Shown here: positions 24,524-38,837 of the stretch, piece after piece
How the letters are laid out: every line of letters starts with the position of its first letter
Numbering within the stretch: position 1 is the stretch's first letter
Assembly (NCBI RefSeq): GCF_006345805.1
Contig: NC_042997.1
Location: forward strand, 62,434,001 to 62,498,000
From: Octopus sinensis
Taxonomy: Eukaryota
DNA length: 64,000 nucleotides
Direction of reading: 5' to 3'
Notes under the pieces: generated by a model
The model's input: only the letters and a program-made list of their open reading frames with translations
What the model was told of the DNA's origin: nothing
The model's database searches: none
Position numbers and translations under genes: made by a program

Positions 24524-24841
24524 GATAATCCTCGAAATACTTTATCATCTAATTTAAGACACGCTTCAGTCTTTGTGCATAGACCTAGTTTGTCTGAGAG
24601 TTCTTGCAGAAACATTTTTCAAAATTTTCTCTTTAACTCTTCAGACGAATTATTTTTAGAGGGACAACCATTTACGTTTTTACAATAGATGTTTATGGGG
24701 AGGTCCCATAAATCGAATAATTCGAACCAATCGCTAACAAACAGATCTGTTGCATTTTTAACAACCAAGACTTTCGCCTTGCATATGTGACATTAGTCCA
24801 CATTTCGCCTATGAAATGTAATTTGCCGCCCGACACGTTAT

Positions 24842-24913
24842 GGGCATATAGCTTAATGGTTAGATCGAGGGCTACTAACCCTAAGATTGCGTGTTCAATT
24901 CCAGGCAGTGCCT
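24842..24913 (+). mobile_element. tRNA-like SINE head followed by (TAA)n
   Basis: GGGCATA-TAGCTTAATGG (A box)...GTTCAATTCC (B box)...GTGCCT; cloverleaf-like but imperfect. Mirror at 55580-55653(-). Confidence 0.65.
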
Positions 24914-24916
24914 TGA

Positions 24917-24961
<45 letters not shown>

Positions 24962-25492
24962 CGATAAAAAATTAAGGAAGTAAGCACCTACCAATATATA
25001 AATACCGCACAACTACAAAAACTGTAAACCATAGCAAAAGTTTTAAAAAGAAAAGAAAAATTCCAAAAGAAAAAGAAATTCAGAAATTAAAAAATCCAAC
25101 AAGGTGAGCATCTCTTTCTCCTACTATTCTCAAAACTGGAATATCTACAATTTCCTGTGAATATTTTAAATCTTCCTCGAAATAAAATAAGTGAGGAAAC
25201 TTGCATACCTACATTTTTCGAATGCACAAACGATCACCTTCAAAATAAAAAAAAAACCTTTAATATCTACAACTACTGCGAATACCTATTCTTTCCTTTA
25301 TCCTTGAGTATTCGTAAAATGTAAACATCATCTACCTTTTATTCTAAGAACACTACCATTTCTCTCTGTGCATTGATACAAAAGACCATATTTACTAAAT
25401 CTTGAAACTATACTATCTACAACTCGTCTTCTTTTCTTTTTGACTCTCCTTGAGTATTCGAAAATGTAACATAATTTTCATTACAAAGTCCT

Positions 25493-25720
25493 ACTGTTTT
25501 TCTCCAACTGGACAGACAAACGAACATCTCAAGAAAATTTTAAAACCTAATATATTACCCAAATACGTAAACACACCTTTTATGGCAACAACACAATTGA
25601 ATTCAGAAATTCAAAGATTCAACGACGTGAATAAAAGGTGTGTTTACGTGTTTGGGTAATACATTAAAGTATTTAATTTTCTTGAGATGTTCGTTTGTCT
25701 ATCCAGTTGGAGAATACAGT
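25493..25720. mobile_element. Fold-back MITE with ~90-bp arms
   Basis: TCTCCAACTGGACAGACAAACGAACATCTCAAGAAAA / TTTTCTTGAGATGTTCGTTTGTCTATCCAGTTGGAGA. Mirror at 54652-54880. Confidence 0.85.
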
Positions 25721-25803
25721 ATGTATATATATATGTGTGTGTGTATGTGTGTGTGCGTGGGCGTGTATGTGTGTATGTATTTATATATACATATGCATGT
25801 ATT

Positions 25804-25838
<35 letters not shown>

Positions 25839-26383
25839 GTTTTTTCTACCAGTAATTACAAATAGAACAAGTTAAACTGCTTCTTTTCAAAACTAAAGGA
25901 ACGCTCTCAGTGATCACTTGTAGTAGTAAACACATTTGGCCTCAGTTGACTCAAAGAGTGCGAAGATTCTTTTGTCTCTATGGCTGACATCCCCACCATC
26001 TGCCGAATCTATTTATAAACCAATAGAATATGATGTATTCACCAAGCTGCTGCCCATCTATTTCCTTCAACAACCACATATTTATGATTATCTCAAGTAC
26101 AAGACAAAAGTTGAAGATAAGAACATTTAGTAATATCTTTTAATAAAAAATGGAAATAGTAATGATAACAATAGTAGTAGTGGCGATAGTGATATTGATA
26201 AAAATAACAATAATAATAATATGCTACAGCTGCTAATACTACAACTACTACTATTATGATAGCACAGGAATCTGAGGCCCAACTACCACCCTTACCATTA
26301 CCCCATTCCTGGTACTGTTGCTGCTGCTGCCACCATTACTGCTACTACACATAAAAACAATAATATCAGTGATTATGATGTTG

Positions 26384-26439
<56 letters not shown>

Positions 26440-26737
26440 CAGACGTAGTGGGGGAGCTTCATAGACATGTGTTGAAAGGAATTCTTTGGGGTTTGAATAT
26501 TTCACCTCAACATCCTTAAACAAACCTTATTCGTGGAACTTTTGAGCGGGATGGGCTACTCGACCTGAAGAAAATTCTAACTGGGCCCCTACCTGCAAGG
26601 TCATGCGCTGTTTATCTTGATATGGGATCACCATGTCGCGCAGATATGGTTGTGATGCATGTGCCTGGTGTACCCTTATCATACGGGTAGTCATGATGCT
26701 TATAATGGGTTTCCTATATTTTACCCCAGTGTCACTC

Positions 26738-26782
<45 letters not shown>

Positions 26783-26783
<1 letters not shown>

Positions 26784-26923
26784 TTAGGTTGTACCAAAAG
26801 TTCGTAAACACTTGCGAAAATTGAATTTTTACTCGCCAAGTACTAACAAAAACAACAAAAATTATTCCTCAAAATAAAGACCATTACTTTCTAAGACTTT
26901 CTACGAACGTTTGGTACAACCTT
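26783..26923. mobile_element. Short mariner-type MITE
   Basis: TATTAGGTTGTACCAAAAGTTCGTA / TACGAACGTTTGGTACAACCTTATA inverted termini. Confidence 0.65.
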
Positions 26924-26937
26924 ATAATAATAATAAT

Positions 26938-29415
26938 GGGCAAAAATAAAATAGACATCACTGCAGCACCAACAGCAGAAGAAGTGGAAGAATTTTGAAA
27001 AGAAATATGGTCGGCGAATGAGCAACCTCAGAAAAAACTATTAAAACAACGAACTTAGCAACTGAGCAACTTTGGACCCCTATAACAACTGAAGATGTCG
27101 CCCAGGCACTGTAAAGACTAAACAACTGGAAGGCACCCGGGCACGACAAGATCCCCAACTTCTGGTTAAAATATCTGACAGAAATACACAAAAAGCTGGC
27201 TGAAAACTTTAACGACATACTAGCAGAGCCCGAGAGAATGCCCGAATGTCTCACGAAAGGGAAAACAATCTTAATTCCCAAACCCACTGAAATGGCAAAA
27301 ACACAAAACTACAGACCTATAACCTGACTCCCTACATTTTACAAACGTTTATTGCAGTAATATCGCAAAGATTGAGCAAACATCTGGAAGAGCAGAAGGG
27401 ATGCTGCAAAGGCTCATACGGCTGTAAAAACCAACTAATGATCAATAAAGCCATAACTGAAGACACCCGCAGAAAGAAGAAAGGCCTCAGTATGGCTTGG
27501 ATCGACTATCGAAAGGCTTTTGATAGTATTCCCCACACGTGAATCCTCGAAATACTAGCAATGAACAAAGTAGCACCAATAATTGTAAAATACATAAGAC
27601 ACTCTATGAATAAATGGCAGATAGTGTTACAGATGCAAACAAAAGAGGGACTCGTAAAAACCAAAACCATTCCCATTAGAAGAGGAATATTCCAGGGAGA
27701 CACGCTCTCTCCACTCCTTTTCTGCTTGGCACTGACACCTCTATCTGATATACTAAATAGAACTGGATGCGGATACAAATGTTACGGCAAAACAATCAGC
27801 AACCTTTTATATATGGATGACCTAAAACTATACGCTACAAATGATAAACAGCTGGAAACACTACTACAGACAGAACATGGATTTACCAAAAAAATAGATA
27901 TAAAATTTGGATTAGAAAAATGTGCCAAAGCTACCCTGAAAAGAAAAAAACTAGTTAAGAGTAGCAACATCACACTAGATAAAGCCAATGAAATAAGAGA
28001 ATTAAACCAAAGCCAGACTTACAAATATTTAGGAATCCATGAACTAGATATGATACAACACACACAAATGAAAGAGAAAATAAAGAAATAATACTATAGA
28101 CCAGTTAGATCAATAATAAAAACAGAGCTCAATGCTAAAAACCAGATAATTGATATTAACACTTTAGCCGTCGCAGTTATAAGTTACAGCTACAATATAC
28201 TTAACTGGACACTAAATGAACTAAACAAAATAGACAGGAAAACAAGAGAGATAATGACAAGATCTAGGATGCACCACCCAAAATCTGACATAGAAAGTCT
28301 ATATATACGTGTAGAAGGTGGTAGAGGCCTTATACAGCTGGAAAACTATTATAAAATAACTTCCATAGGACTACAAAAATATCTACTTCAGAAACAAAGA
28401 AAACTGATACAAAGAGCCACAAAACACGAGCAAAACAAAAAAAACAGTTCTCAGTATTTAAGGAAGCTGACAAATACAAACAAGAAATCATACTACCTAA
28501 CAAATATGAAGAAGAATAAGAAGAAGAAACAACAAAAGCTATAAAACAAATGAAATCCAAACTAAAACTAGAACAGCAACAGACCATAATAAAACGATGG
28601 CAAGAAAAGCCCCTTCATGGCAAATACTGGGCTAAACTAAATGCAAAAGAAATAGACAGAGAAAAATCACAGCAATGGTTGAGAAGCTCTGGAGGATTTT
28701 TAATTGCAGCACAAGACCAAAGCCTCCCCACCAAAAGGAAACATAACAAGTAACTGCAGAATATGTGGAGATGGGCAAGAAACACTAAATCATATTATTT
28801 CTGGCTGCCCATTCCTGTCTAAGAAGGAATATATTCACAGACACAACAGAGTTGGGAACTACATACACTGGAAGATATGCCAACACTATGGAATAACAGA
28901 AAAAAGATGGTATAGGCACACAGCAGAAAAGGTCACAGAAAACGAAAAAGTAACCATACTCTGGGATATGCCAATATACACAGATAGAGAAATTAAGGCC
29001 AATAGGCCCGATATAGTTGTGAGAGATCATGAAGAAAAAATGCTTTCTAACTGATGTATCAATACCAGCAGATGATAACATTTCTCTAAAAGAAATGGAG
29101 AAACTTTCAAAATACAAAGACCTGGAAATAGAGGTAACTCGAATTTGGAATTTAAAAATAGAAACAATTCCTATCATAGTAGGCGCATTAGGCATAATAA
29201 AAAAATATTCAGACAAATACATAATAAAAACACCAGGAGTCACAAATATATATATAACATACAGAAAATTGCACTAATTGGCACTGCACACATCCTACGC
29301 AAAACACTCTCAATACAGTAACCATAAGAGCATCACAACAAACCACAGCACGTACCCAAGGCACACAGAGCTGTGCTCGGTAGTGGAGTGAAAGCACGTT
29401 ATAAAAATAAAACTA

Positions 29416-29419
<4 letters not shown>
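26938..29419 (+). mobile_element. R4/Dong-clade (RLE) non-LTR retrotransposon, 5'-truncated and decayed, inserted in (TAA)n
   Basis: KAPGHDKIPNFW, YRPIT, WIDYRKAFDSIPH, RGIFQGDTLSPLLFCLAL, LYMDDLKLY, GGRGL, CRICGDGQETLNHIISGC, RHNRV, RPDIV, EKLSKYKDL, PIIVGALG; (TAA)n on both sides. Confidence 0.92.
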
Positions 29420-29474
<55 letters not shown>

Positions 29475-29508
29475 AACAATAACAATAAAAAACATTATGA
29501 TGATGATG

Positions 29509-29575
<67 letters not shown>

Positions 29576-30265
29576 TGATGATGATGATGATAACATCGAA
29601 AGATACCCTAGGAATGAGAACGGAGGTTAGAAATTTCCCAAGACACCTTATGAAGGCTGGAGAGTATATCAGCCGAAACATTGTGTAAACAACAAACAAG
29701 ATGAGGACAAATACCCGTCAAATGAAAATACAGTTAATAATGACACTTCATCAGTTGTTTGCTCTCTATCTACTCCTCATTTCGACTATTCAACGGGAAT
29801 ATGAGTCTTCAAAGACAGTTGCTCCCATTCATTCTAAAATATAACTTAAGATCTATGGAGGGTCAAAGTTGGGAATAAAAATGTGACTGTGGGGCCATAC
29901 AAGGAAACCGAACGAAAATAATCATGGAGTGTCATTACACCAGAACGAGAGGAAAATAGTGAACGCTGGAAGAAACATTTTTTGTAAAGAGAAAAGATAA
30001 AAGAGAGAGAGAGAAAAACACGTCCGTCTTTTAAACGTTCATGCAGGAAAAGAGGAAAAGAAAGATGGACGATGGTCACGTATGAGCAACAAGAGAAAGA
30101 GAAAGAGAAAGAAGGGGAGAGAGAAATACATATAGAAAGGGGTGAAGGAGGGAAGAGAGAAAAAGAGAATTAGAGAAGGATGGAGCAAGAAAACAGTATA
30201 GAGTAGAGAGTCGTATCAAAAAGGTGAAGATAAACTTATTTCAAAATAGATGCCTCGTGTTAAAT

Positions 30266-30333
<68 letters not shown>

Positions 30334-31444
30334 TTAAAATTAGAAAATGTACAAGATATGATCTTTAACTTCGAATTAGTAAATTCGTTATAATACTCTT
30401 CATACCAAAGTATTTCAGACATAGTCACACTGTATTTCATACATATTTCACACATATTTCACACTGCATGCAAATTACCATGATTATTTTTTTTATTAAA
30501 CTGGATTTATGACGAAGTTGTGCGTGCGTGTGTGTGGTGTGTGTTTACGATTGGCTACTCAATTATTACGATTTGTCAAGACTCACACATAAATTTTTGG
30601 TAAATCCTATATCTAGAAGAAAACATCTAACCAAAGTACTGCACCCAGAGATCGAACCAAGAGCTATATTGCTTCGTAGCATTTAGCCACTCGGCTATAA
30701 CTGTGGGGAATTTCTACCGCCCTTTCCCTCCTCTCTCTGTCTTGCTTCCTCCAAGTACACCGGGTAAATGTGTTTCCCGCAACCAGATTTCTCAATAAGC
30801 TAAACTGATCTTAGGACCCCTGTCATTTGCGTAGTTTAATTTCGATGATGCGTCGATATTTTCCCAGTATTTGCATACCTATAAGAGAGTAAGGTGGCAG
30901 AGCCGAAATGTTTACAATTGTCCGTAAATATTCGTTAATCCCTTTCGGGAATTACAAGCAATTTCCTCTGTTGAATTCATCTTATGTCTTTCTTTTACAT
31001 GGCTTAGAAAAACTGAAGGATTGCTGCAATAAGTGTGTGAATCTGAGAGGGGAATATGTTGACTAAAACTATAATTAACTTCTCTTCCTCTATTTTCTTT
31101 TACTAAAAGCCAGAAACTTTTCTGGCACTCCCTCATGTATATACGTATTTTATCAAAAGTGACAGCACACTTAGCTCCACCCCGCGTTGGTCTATTCTAT
31201 GTGCGAATTAAAATAGTTATTAATTTAAATATGGCTGGTTTGAACTTGGTTGGATGTAAATCGATGATGTGATAAATGCCTTGAAAAACTAACTTTAGAA
31301 TGTAGTGATTGCGTGAGAAAGTGATTAAGTATGAGAAGTTTCAGACACTCTTTAACTCATACGTTTTGCGTTACTCATACACCTCTGCAACAGGTTCTTA
31401 CTGGATTACATGTTACTAGTAGCGCTTGATAGCGACCTGACAGA

Positions 31445-31488
<44 letters not shown>

Positions 31489-31682
31489 TATAATATATAT
31501 TAAAGGAGAAGAAAATGCTGACAAAATGAACATTGTATTCTAACCCAATTTTTCTCTTTTTTTGTTTAAAAATAGAACTTTCACCTAATTAAATACACTC
31601 TCCCTTACTTAAATTATTTTGTCAGCATTTTCATCATTTCCTTTTTTTATGTATCACAACCCGTGTTCCACATCTCCTTTTT

Positions 31683-31754
<72 letters not shown>

Positions 31755-33359
31755 AGAGCCTGTAAATAATAAAGCACAAGTACTATCTCCAGTCATTACT
31801 ACAATACACATCTACATCTGTCGAAGCGACGAAGAACATCTGGTTATCCTTAAGGACGACCGATGACCTGTGTGGCGACTTTGATTAAAGTGAAGAATTA
31901 CGCATTGTCAATGTCATTCTCTTTCTGTAACTGTCTTCAATGCATGCTGTAGCAGGACCAGGTCAAGACAACTGGCGATGGAAATTGAAGCAGTGGCTAA
32001 CATGATGTTTTAATTGCTTCATCTTGCTCTCTGCATTCACAATGTATTCCTGTAGCTGCTTTCCTTTCTTTTGAACGATAGACATTTCTTCTCCATAGTC
32101 CGCCAGATGTAGCCTTTACATACATAGGTAGACAAGTCCAAACAGGCTAATTAACCCACAGCTGAGGTCCTGACAGGCGCTGCTATTCTGAGTCAGAACA
32201 ACCTGGGAACAATGGTGGCTATGAGGTTTATTCCACACTCCTCAATACCCTGGAACTCTCGAATCATCTCCACCCCCTTCACATATATTGCCAATCTACT
32301 TATATTTTGGTTGTAGTTTTCTATTAGGAAAACGTTGGCTGAAGTGTATAAATGACGTATAGGCTTTGCGTGAACTCGGCTCAGTGGTTAGAGCATCTGA
32401 CTCACAATCATGATGTAGTAAGTTCGATTCCCGGACTGGGCTGTGTGCTATAATCTTGAGAATGACACTTTATTTCACGTTACTCCAGTTCACTCAGCTG
32501 CAGAAATGAATTGCGACGTTACTGGTGCCAAGCTGTATCGGCCTTTGTCTTTCCTTTGAATAAAATTGCTGGCACGGAGAGGGTGTTTGGTATGCATAGT
32601 TTTATCTACTAAATCTGTGCGTGAATGTGAGTGTGTGTGTGTGCGTGTGAATGTACGACTGTGTGTGTGTCTGCGCGCGCGTTCGTGTATTTTACTGTCT
32701 TATTTTGCTACTAATAAATATATTTGTGGGATTTTATGAAGGGTTGTAGAGATATCTAGTTTTGTTTTGCTTCGTTAAAAGCGAATTGTTTATAAAGTAT
32801 GCATAATTAGCTATTAGTGCATAAAAGGAATTGAGGTGTGAGTTGAGAAGCAAACGTTTATGGTTTCTTAGATTTGAAAGCGTTTTGTTCGTTTAAGAAC
32901 AAAGCGCTTTCAAATCTAAAAAACGCCATTCCCAATCGTTTCAGTTGCAATCATTGTTATGAAAACTATTAACACAGAGTTGTCTTACGTTCTGAATATA
33001 TAGAAGAGATGAAACATAATACTGCATGATATTTATATCGACGCTTTATTATTTAACCACCACACAATCAATATACCTATGCAAAATGTCAGTATATATG
33101 GGTGAGAGTGTGTTTGTATATTTGTAGGTATGTATATAGTTACATATTTTGGGCATGTGCTTGCTGTAATACCGAACTTACATTTAAAATATGTCTGTGT
33201 GCATGAATATGTGAATGTGATTTTTGAGTATGTGTGTGTAAGTGCACGCATGCACGTGTACGTGTGTGTGTGTGTGCATATGCCTGTATGTTTCAAATCG
33301 GGCTTCGACAGTCATACTGTTGAATCTCATTTCGAAACGTATACAAAGCTTTATAAGAA

Positions 33360-33760
33360 ATGATTTAAAACTGATAGACCACCTTCGTAGTAAACGTTGA
33401 CAAGGACAGTATGATCGTATCATTTGATGTTGTAAGCTTCTATTCAACTATCCCACTGTGGACTAGAAGCCTTAGAATTTCTGGCTTAAATAATTCCCAA
33501 ATGAAATCCCACGCTAAATAGACAAAAGATGAATTATTTAAGGGATAATATTAATACTACAAAATATTGTTTTCGAATTCAACGACTACATTTTCAAACA
33601 ATTATCTAGGACAACGATGGTGACGAAGGCTGCTCCTACATATGTTAATTTAGTCAAGACATACCTAGAAGTTCAAATGTATGAACAATCTAAATTAAAC
33701 ACAGTGTGAACTTCTATGAATACTAATTATAAAATTGAAGATGTTATAGACGAAAATGCT
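33360..33760 (+). mobile_element. Penelope-like RT fragment
   Basis: SFDVVSFYSTIP and FEFNDYIFKQLSRTTMVTKAAPTYVNL (degenerate PLE RT motifs). Mirror at ~42100-42960(-). Confidence 0.7.
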
Positions 33761-34066
33761 ATAATAGAATTCATACCAAATCAGAAAAGAAATTATTTAC
33801 CAGCGACAAATCACCTCCTCAAAAGCACAACTCCAACAGTCAAAAGTATATTCGCCCCAACTGCGGAAGCCGCATCAATCTTATAGTTAACACGGTCTAC
33901 TTCAAATAAGAACAACTCTTTAATGAGAAAAAGATTCATTTCACCTATTCGTTAAAAAATACAAATGATGCTTTGAAATGAGATGAAGTGGTTGTAAGGG
34001 AGATAACAGTTTAAATATATAATTGTATTTTCCTGAAGTGCATTTTCAGCTTCACTTCATTTCTTG

Positions 34067-34140
<74 letters not shown>

Positions 34141-34159
34141 TGTGTGTGTGTGTGTAACA

Positions 34160-35588
34160 GCAAGCGTAGACATTCCCCCTGGCCTACTTATCCACAAGGG
34201 AACACACCTGAAACAAAAACCAAACTTGAGAGACCTACCAAGGAAAAAAGAAACCAGCACTGATGGCTCTAACACCACCAATATCACATCAAACAGGACA
34301 AAAGAGCAAATAAAGAGCTAAAAAATAAAGCAAAAAAAAGGATGATGAAAGAAGTAAAAATGGAGCAAAAAGCAAGTATAACGAAAAAGTCGGACAGTCA
34401 ATACACAAAGGCACTACCTAAAAAAAAAGTCCTGTCCAGAAGCCGTTGTAAGGCCGCAGCTGAGCAAAATCTTTTTTATGCATGGCTCAAAAGAATGTGC
34501 AACGACTAACCTGGCTTCATCAATTCCAGAGTCGAAACTGGCGTCACAGCCAATGGATCCAGGGTGGCCACCACTGGTATCAGCTAAGAGATGACACCAG
34601 TATACTTCACAAACGTAACAGGACTGTTATAATTCCGTAACAGAAGCAAAATTACCTTCCTGACAGACCTAGTAGCATTCAGTCAAGTCTTAGGCATAGC
34701 ACTTACTAAAACGCCCCTAAAACCCGAATTCGCAGATGTAGAAATACACATACAAAACTATGTTGTATTGCGAAGCGATAGAAAAGATAGGAGTCATGGC
34801 GGTGTTGAAATGTACATCCTGCCTAATGTGAAATGGCCTGAAGTCCTTTTTCTCTCGGAAATGACGCGATGTGAGCAAAGCCAGGAGGAACCCCTGTTCA
34901 ACCTCACCAATAAGTTATACTTAGAGCAAATAATACTCCAAACAACCAGGGCAAATAATGTACTTGATTTCTACTTGATAAACAATGTGAATCTCATCAA
35001 TAAAGTGAAAGTGACACCAACACTAATCTCAGATCACAACATAATAGAGCTGACCATGTATGAACCAAAGGAACCCACAGACATGCAGTCTATGAGAAGC
35101 ACCCAAAATCTATCCAATCTAAACTATCACAAAGCAGACCATATATCAACTGAGAAAGAGATCACCAAATGGGACGGCACCAATGTCTCTCTACACCTGA
35201 CATAGACATGAAATTGAAAACTTTCATGTCTGTAATGCAAGCCATATGCTACAATCAATTTTGTCTCAGAGGGAAGGGCCAATGCACATAAAAGCAAAAT
35301 TACCAGCAAGAGAAATGTTCATATGAGACGGCGTACAAAGATTGCAAACCGCCTCAACAACGATCAATTAGAAGCTGCTTGCCATAGCTCTTGCAGCATT
35401 ACGACTAGGTGCTAAAACAGCTGCTCAGAAACTCAAAACGTTGACGTAATATACCTTGACTTTACAAAAGTCTTTGACAAAGTCGACCACGGTATGCGAG
35501 ATCTTGGCATAGTTGGAAAACTTGAAGAAAGGCTACATGACTTTCTAAAAGATAGATATCAGGTAGTGATGGTCAATGGGGCCACCTC
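34160..35588 (+). mobile_element. CR1-group LINE fragment (APE and start of RT), truncated at the duplication breakpoint
   Basis: RSDRKDRSHGGV, TRANNVLD, SDHNII, YLDFTKVFDKVDH; inverted copy of 40137-41765. Confidence 0.85.
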
Positions 35589-35734
35589 AAACAGATGGTG
35601 TAATGTAGCAATTTGCAACAACCAATAATTAACGCAACCAAACTTCTACATGTTATTTTTGACAATCTTTTTCCAAAGAGTGAAACCGGTAAGTATATAA
35701 ACATGTTTTACATTGCATTTTCAAACCTTCTTTC

Positions 35735-35817
<83 letters not shown>

Positions 35818-36049
35818 TAAATATACATATATACATATATGTATATATGTATATTTATATATGTATATATATATATATACATATATAAATATACATATAT
35901 ACATACATATATATATTTAACGGCGCGTTGGATGCACTCATGCAAGACACGATGATGTATAATGATGGAACTCTATACGCGAGATGGTAGGTATCATGTT
36001 CTATTATTATGTATCCCCATCGGATTCCACTGAAGATCCACGGATAATG

Positions 36050-36435
36050 AGACCGCGTTTCTCGTTATTAGCCGATTTGGTATCTACTTTCAGCATGTAG
36101 GAATTTGGGGGATTTGCTGTGTGCACAGAGATCTATGTGCCCATTAAGTGGTATCTGTCTTGTGGTGAGATCCACAATTGTTGGCGATGGACTGTCATCC
36201 TTTCTCTGAGAGTAAGGCTCGTTTACCCTATGTAATCTTTGTGGCACCCTTCGTACCTTATGACATAAAGTAAATTCTTTGATGCGCAGGTGAAGTTATT
36301 TTTTAAAACAAAAGTGTGTCCCGACTGGAATTTGTATATTCTTCCTTCAATGAGGTGGATGCAAGTCTTATAGTTGGAACGACCACATTTTTTGACGGTG
36401 GGCGGTGGTCTTGTGTTGGGTAGTTTTGCATTGAT
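36050..36435 (-). mobile_element. Penelope-like GIY-YIG fragment
   Basis: KNNFTCASKNLLYVIRYEGCHKDYIG*TSLTLRERMTVHRQQ. Confidence 0.8.
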
Positions 36436-37894
36436 TCATACATACATATGTATATATATAGTGAAGGTGCATGGCTCAGTGGTTAGAGCGTCGAGCTTAC
36501 GATCGTGAAGTAGGGAATAAAATTCCGGCGTCACAGGGATTCAAATAAATTGAATTATTCTCGATAAGGAAATATATTTTATTTAGAGATAGAAGTCCCC
36601 ATGCAATTCATCAAATCCTAATATACATCACACCATGTCATAGAATTTTATTTTAATACTTACTATTTCAGTTCAAAATTTCTCTTCTACACGTGTTTCA
36701 TGAGGTGCGTTTAACGTTCCCGATCCGTAAAATCTGAACTTGAAAAAAATGCAGAATAGTGTAATGAAATCTAATTGAAAACCCTGCATGCATTGGCAGA
36801 ATTTAGATGTTGAAAAAATGTCTATTAATGCAATGTGTAAATTAATTAACGCAATATGTATATAACTGTTTAGATATTGATTTAGAATAGACGAAGAATA
36901 ACTATTTTATTTCTTTAATTATGAAACATAAGGAATCAGAGACTTACTTGAGATCAGTGCTGCTGCATTAGAGCAGCTTGTGAAGTAGAAGCACCCAGTC
37001 GTACTCTGACTCGTCGTAGCATTTTAAAGGTGAACTGATTTATTAAAGGTAATATATGAATGTAGTATATATATGTGTAGAAATATATAAATGAAATGTT
37101 AGAAGAAAGTGCAATAATAATGTTCACACTCATTGATGGTCGCTGTCAGTAACTGCGTTTAGCTTATGGAGTTCTTGTTTTCAAAAAGAAGCCAGAAAGA
37201 TAGACATATTGTTGAGAACAAATTATTTCGTTGGAGGTCTGTTATCTCCATTCCGGCTCCTGGTAGCCTAGAAGAGAAAAGCGCTATTGAAGTGTTAAGT
37301 GAAATTTGGCAATCGAGGATCGAATCCACGCTATGCTTTCATGAAGCCACTACAAATGCGTTGTGGAAAAAATATTTATCTGCTGTCATGGAGCAAGTGT
37401 AACTGTAAAAATTCAAAATTATCAGAGTAATGGGCATTCAAAAACATATGTATGTACAGAAATGTATGAATAAAGTGCTTAAGGCTTAAGATTCAAATTA
37501 AGGTAGTGCAATAATAATGTTTAGCAGTTCAAGACTGTGAGTAGTGAAATGCAGAATTAGGTCGGCTGATCGTTGGTTCAAAGTAATTGAACATAAACAA
37601 TGAAATGGGTTATTTCCCTTGAGTGTTTTAAAAAAATATTTTGTAGTGGATATGAGTTATATCCCTTGGGTATTTTAAGAAAAGAAATAGTTATATAAGG
37701 TATATATAAAGGTCTCTTCCAGGGGCGTATTATCGATATTTTTCAAAAATCTAAGTATGTCACGAGGTTACCAGACATGAGTTCTACCCACGTGTCAATT
37801 TTGATCAAAATCAATAAAACGATGTAGGAGGAGTTAGCTAACAACGCCACAAACAAACACACACCGATTTTCCACATATGTAGTTGATATATAC

Positions 37895-37936
<42 letters not shown>

Positions 37937-38427
37937 TATCGTCGATGGATCCCAAGTTAACTCACAATAGATTTGATCAAAAGTAAATTTCATTTAACTA
38001 AGGTACCTTCAGCTTGATGAGTAGCTAGTGGAGTAACCCTCGATGAGTAATTATTACTTTAGAGATTCTGTTAGGAAACATATGTAGATTGGAATTTACC
38101 TATTCCAACCCCTGAATTCGAATTTTTATTCGCATACATAGCAACATTAGGGGGAAAATTTACAACCTTCTATGCCAATAAACTACTATTTTTCCTGAAA
38201 GTAGTTTTTATACCTTCTGCGGACTGCTCGAAATTTACGAACTTCCTACGCCTGAATCTTTGGATCTTATAATTATATATCATTTTCACACACACACACA
38301 TATATACATATCGTCAGCGGATCATATATACGAAAGAAAAGCACACTCTAAAATTTTGAGCAGTAATGTTGTTAAATATATGTCCAGTTCAATATATTTT
38401 ACATGCAGTTAAATATAATTCCAGTCA

Positions 38428-38491
38428 TAGAATGACCAATGGTTTCACATCCATAAAGCGCTTAGTCTTATACACGATTCGTCAGACTCCA
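38428..38491 (-). ncRNA. Type I hammerhead ribozyme (copy 1)
   Basis: Minus strand TGGAGT-CTGACGA-[32-nt stem II]-GAAAC-CATTG-GTC-ATTCTA. Six-bp stem I (with G-U pairs), stem III ACCA/TGGT, intact core. Confidence 0.75.
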
Positions 38492-38773
38492 GTAGTCATT
38501 AGGGGGAAAATTTACAACCTTCTATGCCAATAAACTACTATTTTTCCTGAAAGTAGTTTTTATACCTTCTGCGGACTGCTCGAAATTTACGAACTTCCTA
38601 CGCCTGAATCTTTGGATCTTATAATTATATATCATTTTCACACACACACACATATATACATATCGTCAGCGGATCATATATACGAAAGAAAAGCACAAAT
38701 TTTGAGCAGTAATGTTGTTAAATATATGTCCGGTTCAATATATTTTACATGCAGTTAAATATAAATCCAGTCA

Positions 38774-38837
38774 TAGAATGACCAATGGTTTCACATCCAT
38801 AAAGCGCTTAGTCTTATACACGATTCGTCAGACTCCA
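38774..38837 (-). ncRNA. Type I hammerhead ribozyme (copy 2)
   Basis: Identical to 38428-38491. Confidence 0.75.

Larger units (their letters stand above)
21300..35588. repeat. Left arm of large imperfect inverted duplication
   Basis: Colinear reverse-complement blocks: 21435-22490/62490-63650, 22600-23350/61505-62340, 23725-24523/59935-60660, 24842-25720/54652-55653, 25860-26085/51195-51425, 29593-30270/47310-48915, 30335-31450/44975-46077, 31750-35588/40137-44590. Confidence 0.95.

Noticed and set aside
24842-24913. Possible functional tRNA gene
   Set aside because: Imperfect stems, followed by (TAA)n rather than a T-run terminator; better explained as a SINE head.
29310-29699. Poly-I/L/N/M ORFs (also 26254-26824, 47109-49098, 61505-61843)
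   Set aside because: Translations of (TAA)n/(TGA)n tracts.
38035-38095. CGATGA...GAAACATATGTA hammerhead-like motif
   Set aside because: Core and stems are too degenerate to call.
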